The notes: generated by a model not told the origin, from the sequence alone. A stretch of 63,177 bases of DNA, filler included, from Neolecta irregularis DAH-3 (GCA_001929475.1; 15 parts of 15 records of this genome joined end to end with filler, not necessarily neighbours in it); one strand, 5' to 3'; counted from the whole stretch's first letter, positions 34,736 through 49,900 are shown. Numbers and translations: made by a program.

Positions 34736-36662
34736 CGTTCAGAGTACCAAAGGAGATATTTTTCCTCTAGAGCTCTGCATCGTGCATCCCGTATATTCTT
34801 GGATGTGAAGGCTCTCTAATGCTTAGGGTCAACGCTACACTGGAGTTCTTGCCCAGGATATCACAAGCACTTTAATTAAAGTAGCAGCAATGAGGCCTAA
34901 TGATCGAAAAGCCCAGATTTCTAGAAATGTCGACTCACTCGATTGGTCTAGAGACTCCATGCTTCGCCACCACGGCTTGCAAGTCGACACGAAAATGATC
35001 TCTGTCCAGGGACGACTTTTACCCAAACCTGACGTTCAGTTTGGCAACAAATGCGCCCAGATCCGAGATAATGCACAATGGGATCTCAAAAATATCAGGT
35101 TCATAAAAGTATGTTCCTACAGCCCTTGAGTTATCCTAATAAATACAGCCTAAAGTCATCAACAACTGGGCTATTGTAATCTTCGACAGTCAACGTCATT
35201 GCAACCCAGAACAGCTCCGACGATTTGTTGACCAGTTGACTCGCTGCGGCCGAGAGTGCGGCATGATATTTAACGTTACATCTCCCATCATCGAAAACGC
35301 AAACGCACAGACAAATATTACGACTGTTCTACACAATATCGGCAATTCTGCAAGTCAACGATCAGGCAAAAAAGCTTCTGTAGATTTCTTTCTTTGCCTT
35401 TACTCCTTTCGAAATACCGAACTGTATAATAGAATCAAGGGATCTTGTGATATAGACCTTGGAGTTGCGTGCCAAGTTGCTCTGACAAGAAATGTTTTGA
35501 AGGTATCTCTGCTCAATCAATTGAACACATGGCTGATCCGATAGGCTTCCCCACAATTTGCTTGCAATCTTCTTCTAAAAATCAATAAAAAGTTGGGTGG
35601 AGTCAACAGCAATCTAACTCCCCAATACAATTCATTAAAAAAACTGAAAGAATCTACTGTATGTCTCGTATTTATTGAGTTTACAAGATTGCTGAGCTCG
35701 AGTAGATTGTTCTTGGTGCGGACGTTACACATGCCGCACCCGGGTCACCTCAACCATCGCTCGCAAGCTTGGTCAGTAGTATGGATCTTGAAGCTGCAGA
35801 CTACTGCGCTCAAGGACGAGCTCAAGATAACCGCGTTGAGATGATTGCCGATCTTGAGTCCATGGTTCGTCAAAGTCTTGAAACATTCAGGGCTAAATGC
35901 AAACAAGTACCTCAAAATATCATGCATTGTTCTCTTCTAAAGATCGCTTTTTCTTACGGTTGTTAGATACTTTCGAGACGGCGTCTCAGAAGGACAATTT
36001 TTGCGATTAAAACAAGACGAACTTGGTGCAATTAAAAAGGCCTGTACTTCACTCAGCGCCAAATATCGTCCAGCCATCATGGTCTGTGTTGTTACAAAAC
36101 GTCATCATACTCGGTTTTTCCCGGGTAGTGCAAATGCGGATAAAAATGGCAATGTTAAACCCGGCCTTGTTGTCGACTCTGTTATTACTGACCCGGTTGA
36201 ATATGATTTCTGTATCTTCATATTCTTAAATTCCTGTTGATGGCACAGTTGTTCAAGCGCATCATGCTCTTCAGGGAACTGCTCGCCCGGCACATTACCG
36301 TATGTCCTTGTTCTATCAATCTTCTCAAATCCTAGATGTGATTGATAACAAGATTAATATCACAGTCGCTGCGTTTCAAGAAATGTGTCACAACATGTGC
36401 TACAATTTTGAACGTTCCACAACTGCAGTCTCCATCGGTATCTTTCATCCATTCTTGCTGCCTATCTTACCATCAAGTGCCTGCGGTTTACTACGCCCAC
36501 ATTGTGGGTCAACGACTCCGTGCCCATTTGTCTCGCGATTACGATGCGGAGACGGAAATTTCTGGGACTGATGATGCGCAAATGGCTGATATCGGAAATC
36601 GTCCGGTCGACCCGTTGAGAAAATTAAATCAAAAGCTGGCGCAAGTTGCTTGGTACATGTAA
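34736..36662 (+). CDS. Argonaute A (PAZ end, L2, MID, PIWI; 5' end in gap)
   Basis: FPLELC, GRLLPKP, LKINKKLGGVN, GADVTH, YFRDGVSEGQF, TKRHHTRFFP, LQGTARP, YNFERSTTAVS, VPAVYYAH. Confidence 0.96.
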
Positions 36663-37103
36663 CTTGCAAAGAACACATGTTGTCTAAGTGACCAAGTTGT
36701 GTTGGGAATATCTATCGGGTATTTCACACATCATTGTTTGGTTGTTGCCGATGTATGCTTTCTATTCGTGTGATATGTAGATATTCATAAACAAATTGTC
36801 TCTTGGTTAGTCTTGTGAAGCTGATATATTGTCTGTTTGTTACATTCTGCATACAAGTTGTCACATCGCTTGCCTCATTAGTTATAATACTCGAATGAGA
36901 AAATTCAACTCANNNNNNNNNNTGCTGTAAGCCAACTTTGATGTTGCCCGGAGAGCCACGATGCTCATTTGCTGTTACGTCGATCATTGTGTTCATAACA
37001 TGATGAGCTGATATATCGTCTGTTTGTTACATACTGCATACAAGTTGTCACATCGCTTGCCTCATTAGTTATAATACTCGAATGAGAAAATTCAACTCAA
37101 TAT

Positions 37104-40100
37104 TTACATATACCATGCCACCTGTGTTAAATTTTCGTGCAGACCACGTAAAAGATTAGCAGCAGCCTCGTCCCCCGGTGGATCCTGCCCGGAAACCGTC
37201 GAGACCGCATCATAATCAGTGGTTAAATGAGCCCGTATTCGTCGACTGACGAGATCCGCGTAGTAAATTGGGGGAACTAAAAAGGTTAGGATTTGTATCC
37301 ATTCAAGGAAGTGGATGGTCTCCCACGTACTGATTGAGACAGCCGTAGTCGATCTTTCGTAATTGTAACACATGTTGTGGCATAAATCCTGGAACAAAGA
37401 AGGTGGTATACCAATATCGTCATGCAATACATCTGCGCAAATATCAACCCAGAAAAAACCGGCAAGAGCTCAAGGAAGACGTACAATAATGTGCTGGTCG
37501 TGCTGTTCCTTTCAATGCACTGTGACTTTGAACGTAAAAATCGTAGTCTACTGGATGCGTAATTCCCGAAGATACAATTAATCCCGGTCGAACGTTGCCA
37601 TTTCTATCAGCGACTGTGCTACTGGATGGAAAAAAGCGGGTATGATGTCTTTTTGTAACGACACAGATTAGAATTGATGGTTTCCAGTCAGGTTGGAGAT
37701 CGAAACATGCGGCTTTTATTGCTTTGAGTTCGATTGCTTTTACTTGAGAGTATTGCCCTTCAGATACACCATCTCTAAAGTATCTTGACGATCAAATCAG
37801 GATCGGGGAAAGTTCAAGGGTGCTTTACAGTATATTCATCGGTTTCTCTCCAGTGTTATGGTAGAATATCTTGAAGGCATTCGTTATCATTGCTGCTCGG
37901 TAAATTTCCGAAGCTTTCAGAAGGACATACATTGCAAATCCTGAATTATTTCAATTCGGTTTCCTTGTGAGCGTCCTTGACCGGTATAGTTTGCCGCTGC
38001 ACGATCCATGCTAGATGTCAAAGTGGCGAGAGACGGCATGAGAGAACCGGGTGCTGCGTGGCATACGTCTCCTCCGAGAACAATCTAGAAGGCCATGAAC
38101 AAAGTACTAATGGCTGATAGTTACTGAAGCATTTATCTTTGAGAGAGCATGGTCTTCTTGATCAATTCTCCAGTTGATGCCACCGAGTTTTTTGTTCACC
38201 TTCATCATAACGTTTCCAATATACTGAAGATTGCTCTTTCAGATAAGTAGGCTTCAGCTATTGGCCTAGCTCACTCACCTTCAATACATGCTGTCTCAAG
38301 CATATTTGACTCGATATCCCCAATTCGATATCGCAAGAAATCTTAATTCTCTTGTAGAGGTCAATGTTGCGTTGTTCGTATATACAAAGAACGAAAGAGA
38401 AGGGCAACTTGGGAAACTTTTTCAACGAAGTTGAAATGACATTCCTGATAGTGTCTGTGATATTCCGAGCCGGGTTTACATGTTCAATATTCGGTTGAGG
38501 GACATGAAACCTCATGCCATAATTTGTGCCCTCACTGACAAATGTTGTAATAAAATCTTGAACAGCTCTGAGGTTAATTTTCTGCTCCCTTTCAAAAACA
38601 ATGACCGCCCAATTCGCAAGCTGTGCTGCCTTAATTTCTTTTAGCGAGTCATCTTATCAATATAGACACACCTTGACAAATCTGAGGCCTCGCAAATCCC
38701 ATTTTCCGGGTTCTTTATAATTCGCCGGACGATTATTAAAATATTGGAGCTTTGGTGGTTTTATGAGACGGCCTGTAATTTCCATCATGTTCCGGTCAAT
38801 CTCGAGTCCATAATCTCGGAGGAATGGATCTCGCGCCCAGTCAAGTTGTTGCACATTATTTTGTATCATTTCTTTGCGCTCCCTGGGAGGTTTAGCCGCA
38901 TGTCGAATGATTTTACTAGTGATATCTTGGGTTAATGCACCGGCATATCGCTGACCCTAGCAAATCAGAAGGAAGCATGAGCTTGAGACAAACTGATTGA
39001 ACTATACAACATTCAAGAGGTAAAATATCATTTCTAGAGGTCTTGCAGCCTATTATTTTAGAAAGTTTAAAGACAGAAGCTCATACACATGACTTGGGGA
39101 TATTCTAGTCTCTTATTATATGTGCGAAGGAAGTAATTCTGAACGGTGATAGATTCGCCTTTCATATCAAACCTTATCTCAGAAGCTCCAGCATCAGTGA
39201 AACTATGAAATACAATCCTTCGTCTAAGTCCTTGTTCACCACGATGGTTCACAAAGAAAACGAGCCCTTTGAAAGCTCTCGCGAGTTTGCTGCGCTGTTG
39301 GCGGGGATAAGTTGCTAGCTGTTCCGGGTTCACACCGGCATATCGAGATACAAGTTGAAGAAGCGAGATTGAACCTTGCCAAACTACTGCAGTTGCAACA
39401 TCAACGTTTACTGTCAGATATCCTAGGATCAGCAGATCCAAAATAAAAGAATGAATACCAACTGATGGTCGTATGGATTGAAATATTCCATTCCATAGTT
39501 CCAATCCTTGTGATAATGGTACAGACTTCTCTTGACTGTAAAAGTTTTTAGAATTTCCAAGGATATGGAATTTCTGTGTGGGTGTTTGACGCAGTAAATT
39601 GCTCAGAACCATAAAACCTAGCATTTGTCAGCAGTTCTACAAACCGGCCAAGTACATTTTTGAATGTCGTCGTTTTTTGGAAGGCGATTTTGTATGAATT
39701 CTTGTAGAAGAAGAAGGTTTATTTTATCGGTTAATTGCATGCGTACGGTATATTTTTGTTCCGGAAGTGCAGTTGTAAGATCGATGTCTTTAACGGTCGT
39801 CTCGAATTCAATGGTTTTTTCACGAAAGAGTTGCGTAGCACTCCAAGCAATTTGTCTGCCTGAATTTTATCAACAATGGGATTTCGAAAGATCCCTAGTT
39901 ACCATCATAGATTACTTTGTGATTGCCTACCATCTCTTGAACGGGTCTTGTGTTCCATAACAGTCGAGTAAAGGCTGGTTTTAACATCCCTGATCCTTTT
40001 CCAAATATAACTTCGTATTGGTACACAGTTGACTTCGGAATTGAGTTGACTTTATAATGATTGGTATATATCAAGGCTGGTATGCCAGTCTGTACCATCA

Positions 40101-40174
40101 AAGTGATACTTGTTTAATGGGGAGAATACGGGCTCAGTTATGTCGGATGGGCGACTACAAAGATCCATGGTCAT
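37104..40174 (-). CDS. Argonaute B (complete)
   Basis: MTMDLCSRP..IYTNHY, GLELWNGIFQSIRP, TVQNYF, KVNKKLGGIN, GGDVCH, YFRDGVSEGQY, TKRHHTRFF, YERSTTAVS, PPIYYADLV. Many short introns. Confidence 0.96.
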
Positions 40175-40466
40175 ATCAGAAGCGATATTGAGGTAATGGT
40201 AATGTAAGAGTTGTGGTCTGTCGGTTTAAATGTGGCAATCGATGATTGCTGGAATTGGGTAATCAGGCTTATTACGAATGAGTTGACAAGACAGCAATCC
40301 CTGGAGCTTCAAACTAATTTCGTCTTTCATTTCCGAGTGACCCGGCTAATATCTACGTATCACGGGGAAACGAGAAACTAAGAATTTGCCCTCGTATATC
40401 CTTAACAAGACGATAATACCTTACCAACGGGGTAATGAGGCTTGAGGAGGCTTGATGTAAATTGTA

Positions 40467-40552
40467 TTCTGTCCCACCTGTGGAATCGTCCCACCTGTGG
40501 AATCGCACAGCCACACCACCAAATCCGCCACCCTCATCAAACCCACACTTAT
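40467..40552. mobile_element. Probable left end of a pogo/Tc1-type element or MITE
   Basis: TA followed by tandem 17-mer gtcccacctgtggaatc x2, the same doublet layout as the TIR at 24413. Truncated by the gap. Confidence 0.5.
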
Positions 40553-41898
40553 NNNNNNNNNNNNNNNNNNNNNNNNNNNNNNNNNNNNNNNNNNNNTTAA
40601 TTAATTAANNNNNNNNNNNNNNNNNNNNNNNNNNNNNNNNNNNNNNNNNNNNCAAATCTCACTGCTCGGACTGATTGAAGTGGAGGACGATGTTTCAAGC
40701 TAGGCGACATCTCCATGAACGAAAGGACTTCCTTTGAGAGTAGTCAATGATCTATGACCCCTCTAGTCCTGGTACTTTGTGGAGCGCACCAAACGCGCAC
40801 CTGAAATTCCAATTTGTTAAAAGTCACATTTTATGAAGGTGCGAACCAAACGTACCAACACTCTTGCGCCGGCGCTCGATTCTGGTAAAGGTATCTGGAG
40901 ACGGAATAAGAGATTTCATGATCAACTCGTTGGGGTAAGACACGGGTCGAAAACATCCTAATGGGAATTGGTATGTCAGTGTGGGAATGATCTTTTACTC
41001 CCATGATCCACCCCATGCAATCTTTCCTTCCACCTGGTCTGACCTCTCAAACGTCCTGCCCGCTATCATCCCCACATTGTCTATTACCTTGTGATGATGG
41101 GATAGACTTGAGCACATCAACAGAAAATACTATTCGATTACCAAGGAAATGACGGGTGGGTACGCAGGCTGCTCGACCGCGGCACCCGCGCATGAGTTCT
41201 CTCGCGATGCGGTCGATGTTATATGTGCGGATGCTGCGAGTAGCCGCTGGCCTGGCACTGCAGCCATATTTTCTGTTGGGTGCGAGGCACGGCGGGGCGG
41301 GGCTGTTTGGCACAAATGCGACGACCGAGTGGAGCTTGAGTGCGCCTGCGATATAGACAGAAACGCCGTTGATCCGCGTTGGAGCCAAGTAAAGTCGCTA
41401 TGTGGAAATTTGGATTTGGGATGGCCTACCCCACCGAACACGTTTTGTGTCAGAATCGAAAATGACATCATTTATAATTCAATATTCCCTGTTTTAGAAT
41501 ATCATGATATATTTTTGTGGTGACTGCAAAACGCAGCCTTCCCAAAAATATTTCTAAGAGTGTTTGATTTTGCGTTGTTTCTCTAGTAACATCTCCAAAT
41601 TCTTCCTGATTCCGTCCTTTATATTATAGTTCCCCTTTCGATCTCCTGGACTGATATCACTATCTCGAGCCACCTCGCCAGACTTCCACTCCATAAAGAG
41701 CGGAGGAATAACCGTATATCCTCTCAGTCTACCAGCACCCTGGAGTATCCCCATATGTACATCTATTGGTCCTTTTAATGGTAATAGACCAAGCTGGTNN
41801 NNNNNNNNNNNNNNNNNNNNNNNNNNNNNNNNNNNNNNNNNNTTAATTAATTAANNNNNNNNNNNNNNNNNNNNNNNNNNNNNNNNNNNNNNNNNNNN

Positions 41899-42251
41899 CT
41901 CTTGTCGGAAGGTTCTGTGATATAGTTGCGCTTGCTGCTGTATTCTAAGTTTCAAATCGAGCCTAAATCACTGAAGGTCAAGGTTGGCGATAAAAATAAA
42001 ACAGCTACGGCCATTGACGTATTTCAGATCCAATGTCATACGACTTCTCTCGTACCTCATCTTGTTCAAATAGACTTTTCTTTCTGACTCGAGAGATCAG
42101 AGCGACTCATGAGCTGCGAGACCTCGCTAAAATCGTCAAGGATGCTTGGTTTCTGGGAGATCTGAGTCATCAGATAGAAGCACAAGAACCAGTTGACGTT
42201 AGGGATTTTGCAGTGGATTTGAACGATGTTTTGGAGCATAATCTACAGTGA
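41899..42251 (+). CDS. MED22: Mediator subunit Med22/Srb6, 3' part
   Basis: AIDVFQIQCHTTSL, intron, IRATHELRDLAKIVKDAWFLGDL. Confidence 0.7.
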
Positions 42252-42545
42252 GTTAAAGGTCGGACAGGAATATTCACATAGGATATCGTGGGATATGTGG
42301 GAAAAGCTCTATCCTGGAGAGGTCTCTTGCAGAAACTTATGAGCATATAGTCTTTCATTTTCTGGTAAAAGAACTTGGGCATTGGAGGTATTCATAAAAA
42401 ATCCCACTCTGAATATATAGCAAGCATATAATGCACTCATACACAAAAGAATCTAGTTTCAGACTACATCCAGTCTAAAGCCCATTGAGCAGACATCTAC
42501 AGAACAGTGCCAATAATATCTTATTCGCACCAAATTGACGACTAG

Positions 42546-43200
<655 letters not shown>

Positions 43201-43391
43201 TCAATGTTTATTTCGTCCATTTATATCACTGTATATATCAGCACAAGTATTGACATCCTCATAAGCCGAGCAGAAAATGAAGTGTGCCATGAACAGATAT
43301 CGAGATACACGAGAAAGCTTGAGCTGAAATAAAAGCACTAAATTGAAGATGCAAACAACTTAATACATTACCCATAGACCACACAATCGTT

Positions 43392-45246
43392 TTAATGTAT
43401 GAATCCTTCCTTTTCGGAGATGAATTTGCTAAAGAATTTCGTCATGGAGAGTATTTCTTCCCCACAGGGAATAATTTCATCTGGGGGAAGCAGAAATCCC
43501 TAGAATATTAAGAATGCACCTGTGAGGATATACATGAGTTCCTGTATCGCGAAGTTTAATGATGTAAGAGAAGTGGGCGCCTTGATTGTAAATCCAATCA
43601 ACAGCAGAACCTCCATTTTTGTCTCCATAATCATCATAGTCACAGGCGGATTCTACTTCGTAGTGTTGATAATTGGACTGTTTGATAGCACGGGCTGCTC
43701 CAATCGCAAGTTCTTCAAGATCTTCGAGATTTGGGGGTGTCTACGGGAATTAGTAAGAGAATACGAGTGTTTACCAACCGTGGCGCAGTCATATGCAAAA
43801 GGATATAAAACTTCCGTCAGTAAAGGTACCTGAAAGCAATATTGTACTCTTTTGAGCATATGAATGAAAATCTAGATAGCCAATGACCTCGTGATCGTGG
43901 TCTTTCAAATTTCCAATATATTCTGCCAAAAGTTTTGACTCGATTGCCTGGAACGGGGTTTCCCCTTGATAACCTTCAATGAGTCCATATTTCGCCTTTT
44001 AGGAACATACGTTCGCTGCAAGGATTCACACCGAGCGAGTCTTCCTCTTCTGGCCATTTAAAACCCCAATCTCGATTGAGGTCAATTCCTTAAAAGAATA
44101 AGCACACCTATGACATGTCACAGGTATACCGGTACAAAAGGGGAACCCAGTCGGTTGTCGATTTTTCCTCCACTTAGAAGGTCAAACCGCTTCAAGACAT
44201 TGATGTGAATTTTACCAGTCGATCAACTTCAAAAGAATATACATAGCCATCCACATTGAGGGTAGGAAAAAATCTACCATTCAGGCTATAGTGCTGAGAA
44301 ATGAAGCATACACCCAGTCAAAATCATCAAGCATATTTTTGATGTCGTTATCTTGATTGTAGCCAGACACCAATGCAGAAGCAAGATAACTGACCGTCGA
44401 AACGCTAATCCATTCACGCGCATGCTGAGCCCCATTTATGAGGATCGTCTTTTTCTTCTTCCCTTCTTTTGGTGGAGTGCCATTGAGTTTTATTCCTTGA
44501 ATCTTTCGCCCCTCATAAGAATTTCCTAATTCAATGATATCAACGAGGTCTGGATATAAAGCTCGAAGGAAATCCATCCAGATGTAAATTGTATCAAGAG
44601 ATTGATAATTTGAGAAATAGGTTTCATTGAGTGATTTGACATTAAAAGATTGTTTGGATGTTGAAATATGTGACCAAGTCTGATTGACTGAAACTTGTAC
44701 ATGAGGGATTAACAGTAAATGTGACTTTTGAAGTGAATATGGTAAGAGAGAGAATAATTTTGGGATGTCTTTCTCTTGGAGACTTGATAGGTGATTAATA
44801 AGTAAGAAATGAATTAAAATATACCAGATATCGATATGTTCCCTTGTTGAAGACCAAACATCAAACCTCCTTTTCTATGAATAAGTGTTTGCGATTAGTA
44901 TGGCAAATACATGGGTAATTTCTTTCAAGATTCTCCGCTCGGAGTCTGTTGAAGCAAGAAAGCGAAGAACCACAAAATCGTGGTGATATATTCGATTATT
45001 TGAATTTATCGACCGTTCGGCAGAATTTGTCAAAGCTATCTCGGTTGGTTCCGATAATCCCAAAGTATGCGTCTTACAGTTTGTTAATTCCTCAAATGCT
45101 CCAGCTTTACTTAGCAATGATGTTGGTTTCCATTGAAACGGTATCTGAAGACGATTATCTGAACTGGAAGGTGCAGATGTTGACAGGAACAACAAGATCG
45201 TGGTAAACACAAATAACAAACCCCGGGTCGAATGTAAGGAAGCCAT
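43392..45246 (-). CDS. ECM14: M14 metallocarboxypeptidase Ecm14
   Basis: Signal peptide and prodomain; QHAREWIS, LDFHSY, SYIIKLRDTG (Lys at the catalytic Glu270 position), GFLLPPDEII. Confidence 0.9.
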
Positions 45247-46968
45247 GAGGTGGTGGGGAAGGAAGGGAGGAAGGAACTATTGGTTATCAGGCAGTGAGGT
45301 AAGAACTTCACCTGTAAGTTTTGATACTCAGAAGTACAAATTAGACCAGGTTTATAGTACTAGCCTAAGTGTTGTATCTTCTAGGGAAACATACCTAGCC
45401 TAAGTGTTGTATCATCAAGTTTATATCCGGTCATAAAGGCCGCAATATGATTCCACGCCTCTTGCCGTGTTGGTAAAACCTGACACACCATCCTCGATTA
45501 ATTCATTTCTCTGATGATTTTGTAGACCCCAGACATCGTAACTGCGGTAAACGCCGCTATCCCCAATCCGCATTCGGCCTCAGATCTTGTATTCATGTGT
45601 AACTTGGATTCCCTTTCATCTCTTCTAATTATATCATTAGATAGCCTTATATCGCTGGTATGGTCGTTGTAAAACCCTTCAAATAATTTGTTATGAGGAT
45701 ATACGCAGAGGTGACAGCCTTCCACGACGATTATCGCAGTGCAGTCTCTGTGTACTTTGCTGCTGCATTCAACTAGTCGTTCTCATGTTGAGATTGAATG
45801 CATCCTGACACCACGTTGCGCCATGCTCTGCGGGCAGTCAGGACCTGATTTGCATCTCCTAAAAACACAACCCTGTTCGAAACCGTGAATCAGTCATCTG
45901 TGATTCTTGTGAGGTTTAAAGGAGCCAAAACGCAACTCGCACCAGGCTGTTTGTAATAACTGCCTGCGTAGATCTTTCAGATGGCTTCAGAGCCAACCGC
46001 ATTCCAACCGCCTGCGCAAACACAATGCTGTTCGAGATATTGTTTTCGCACATCCATGTCATTTATAATTCATAACGTCTCAAGTTATGTGGAATGCTCT
46101 CTATTATGTCGCTAGGGCTACTCACGGATCATGCCTTTGTTCGTGATCTCGGCGATGACGGATTTTGGCGGATGCGGATTTACTAGACGCCTATATCCAT
46201 GCTTGAGAAGTCTGATCCACCCCTTCTATTCTGTCTGATCCACATCCGTCATTGCAGCTTAATTTAGCCATTACAGAACCAGAATTTAAGCAGGTAAACA
46301 AATGAAACGAACTCTGCTACAAATTTCGTTAATCTGTTACCCCATAGGATGGATATTGTCACCCATCTAATCGTATTGGATCCATATCAGACCCAAGTTA
46401 ATTTATGAATGTGAAAGGAGAGCTGTGATTACTTGTTATTTATTTTATGGATTCCTCAAGAAGCCCAATTGAAATATAAGATTAAAATTCCTCCCAGGAG
46501 AACAATTCAATAACACATTTACTAATGATTCAGATGATCATTAATTTGAGTCTGAAGTCATTGAGGCAGCATTGGGATTTAGTTGGAAGAAACCCACTTA
46601 ATATTTTTGGCGTCGTTGGGGTGTGTAGATGACAGGCACGGTTGAGTATAAAAAACACTCATAGTTGCGAATGGTCAGTTAGCAAACCATGCTTGGCACA
46701 ACGAATGTCTGGTGCGCACTCAACTTATCTCAGATCAGCATCAACATTCTCGGATGGGCCCTGATGGGTTAGAGCAGAGGGACGTGCAATGCTAGCGGAG
46801 TTACTTGGGCCAGGCCTGCGAGATTTGGCAGACCCATCCATGGAATTGTGAGGTTAATGTTCTGTCTGAGTCACCTTTGACGTTGGCGGTCGAGATTAAA
46901 GCCCACCTCATTCTCCACCACATTCGTTTGACGCCAGCCAGGTGCTCTAGTCAGTTTCGAAATACTTA

Positions 46969-49900
46969 ATGAGCGATCACAATTTTCGTAAAAAGTCCTT
47001 TGCTGATCTACTCTATCCTCAAAGCCGCTCGTTCTCTGAGGCACCGCGACGAAACTCCGTCGCAATTCCTGGCACTCGCCAAAACTTGGCCGATAAGACG
47101 TTTGCGCCTCGTCTTTCCTTTTCCTCTTGCCGGCGAAACCCTGCTAGTGTGTTTAGTCATGAAGAAAAGCCTGTTCCGCGGTCCAGTCTTTCGAATTCAT
47201 CGATTCTACCTCCATATGAAGGCAGGGAAGACAACCCTCGGAACTCCCACTCCAGCACCGACAGCCACGAACAAGTCACCACCACTGTCACTCATACAAC
47301 TACCATCGTCCAGACAATCCAACGCTTCTCTAGACAGAAGAGAAAGACGTTTTCTGCATTTTTTGGAGGCAGTGATCACGAGAATATGCAACCTGGGCCT
47401 TCGGAATCTAATAACCTTGCTTCAGTGCCTCCAGCCTCTGCTCATTCTGCTCGACACTCGAAAGAGATGCCTCGTCAAGCAACAGCTATTCCGGCAGCTT
47501 CATCGGCGCTAGTAGCTACAACTATGAATCTATCCGGTATTCCAGTCAATCGACCGAAATCGACCGGGTCGTGCTACTCCGGACCGGCAACCCTACATCC
47601 AAGCGATCCTAATTTCAAGCGAGATCGTAGCTCTACTGTGGGATCGGCGCAAAGCCTGGATAGTGGTGGAAGTCTCTCCAAAAAAAAGGCAAGTCTATTT
47701 GGAAGCAGACGAAAGAGGGAAAATAACATACCACTGACGACCCTCCTTCCAACCATTCATGTCCCTCCTGTCATCATTGAGCCTGAACCTGAAGAAAGAG
47801 TCGTTCTCCCTCTTCGACAAGATGAGGATACTCCTAACATGTATCTCGCGAAGTTGCAGGAAGCATTAAACAATAATGCTCTAGCGAGCGTCATCGCAAG
47901 AAAGTACGTTTGAGTCAAAACTTTGCTAAAAATCAGTGGCGACGACTTCTCACTGGCAACTTTAAAATGTTATATGGAATCTTTTAAATTTTCCACAGAT
48001 CCTATAGATATGGCGCTTCGAAAACTCTTAATGGAGCTCCATTTACCAAAAGAGACTCAGCAGATCGATCGAGTCCTCGATGCATTTGCTCAGAGGTATC
48101 ATTTCTGTAATCCTGGTTTGTATCTGTCAGCAGGCATATATTATTTTTTGGAATTTAAACTGACGTTTAGAACAACCATACATCCTTGCATTCTCACTCA
48201 TGATGCTCCACACTGATGCATTCAATCATCATAATCGTCAAAAAATGACCAAGCTTGATTATATTAGAAATACTCGACTCGAAGGTGTCTTTCCTGAAGT
48301 CCTAGAGTGTCTTTATGACAACATTACATATACTCCATTCGTTCATGTGGAAGATGATTACGATATCAACGGAAATCAGCTGGTTGTAGAGAAACCTAAA
48401 CGAAACGGATTCCAGAGACATTCAAAGAGCAAGGCCACAAAACACGTCGTCGATCCATATTCACTGCTTATGAGTGTATGAAATTTTGTGATATATCTGC
48501 TAAACTATCTAGGGCAATTTAGAATCCCTACGTCCGGATCTTGCGAAGCACCTCAGCCTTGAGGATCCATTCAGTTACAAAGGAACTTTGTCAAACTTTG
48601 ACATTGAAAAGCTTCACAGGGCGTTCAGTCGAGCTCCGGTCCTTCAAGTTGTCTCTGCGAATTCTCGCCCCCAGGCATATGCTAATGTTGCATTTCTTTC
48701 TCACGGCGTAATACCTGGATACTTGGACGACTTTCCGCCTGGTATCGTCGAAGTTAAAGCCACAAAAGTCGGTATCTTGCTGCGAAGGGAAGATAAGAAG
48801 AAAAGTAAAGCAGGGCGAGCGTGGAAAGAGTGGGGTGCAATTCTCACTGGCTCTCAACTATTGTTTTTCAAAAATACAGCATGGGTTAAGAATCTTGTTG
48901 AACAGGAAAAGCGGCATAAACGAATTTCCACAGCAAGTGGAGAACATGAAGAACCGCTTCACTTTGAACCTCCTATTCAATCCCTTCAATCGGATGCATT
49001 GTTATCGACTCAAGAAGCAGTTGCAGTATATGACAAAACATATCGTAAAAAGTCCAATGCGTTCATCTTTTTCGGCCAAGGGAACACTAGAGATGTCTTC
49101 CTCGCGCAAAATATTGACGATATGAACGATTGGATTCACAAAATCAATTACGCTGCCGCTCATCGAAGTGCCGGCATTCGATTTCGGGGTGTTGTCAAAG
49201 GAAGGGGTTTGAAGAGGATGAGTAGCTCCGGGTCTTCCGTCTCGAATTTTACTGCAAAGCAGCGAGATAGTCTTGAAGTCGCCAGTGCACGAAGACATAT
49301 CGTGCGGCAAAGACTGGAAGATTTGAATGAGAATATCTCTGTTTTGGCTCCTCAGTTAGATGCAAATGCTCGGAATGCAAAGAATCTATATGTGCTGACG
49401 CCTATTCAACAAGTTACTCGAGACCAAGTTGTGGAACATGCAAAGGCGTTGGATGCTACGCTCCGAACTGTTCGTCTTGAAATGGCTCGTTTGAAATGTC
49501 ACCAAGAGGGCCTTTTACTAGAAATGGCTGCCGACACAGTGATGACTCCGTCAACTTCAAGTTTTCGGAATTCAGTGCCGTTGGTGATAAATACTCAAGC
49601 GACGACCCCAGAACGGCCTGTTGTCGAATCAAGTACAACTCCTCAGGGAAACCCACCATTACTTTCAGATGGTTCGTCAGTTATTTCGAAAAAGTCACGA
49701 CTTTCGCCTGAACAAGCGCGTTCGATATCTGGCAACTACAGCCATCATAATTCTTCTGGGATGAATGTAAATGATGAAGTTCCGCATGCATCATCTCACA
49801 AGAAACGGTCTAGCTTTTTGATACATGGCAAAAAATGCAGCGTCGTTGAATTACCCAATGATTTCCTTGCGAATCCAAGTCGAATTGATCGAGAGACTTC

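Noticed and set aside
36820..37100. ~93-bp direct repeat between the two Argonaute 3' ends
   Set aside because: Flanks the 10-N gap at 36913; most likely the same overlap or haplotype artefact.
40633..41779. Cys-rich ORF 41149..41523 and overlapping ORFs
   Set aside because: No signal peptide or known Cys spacing, and it does not match the PAN-like header pattern.
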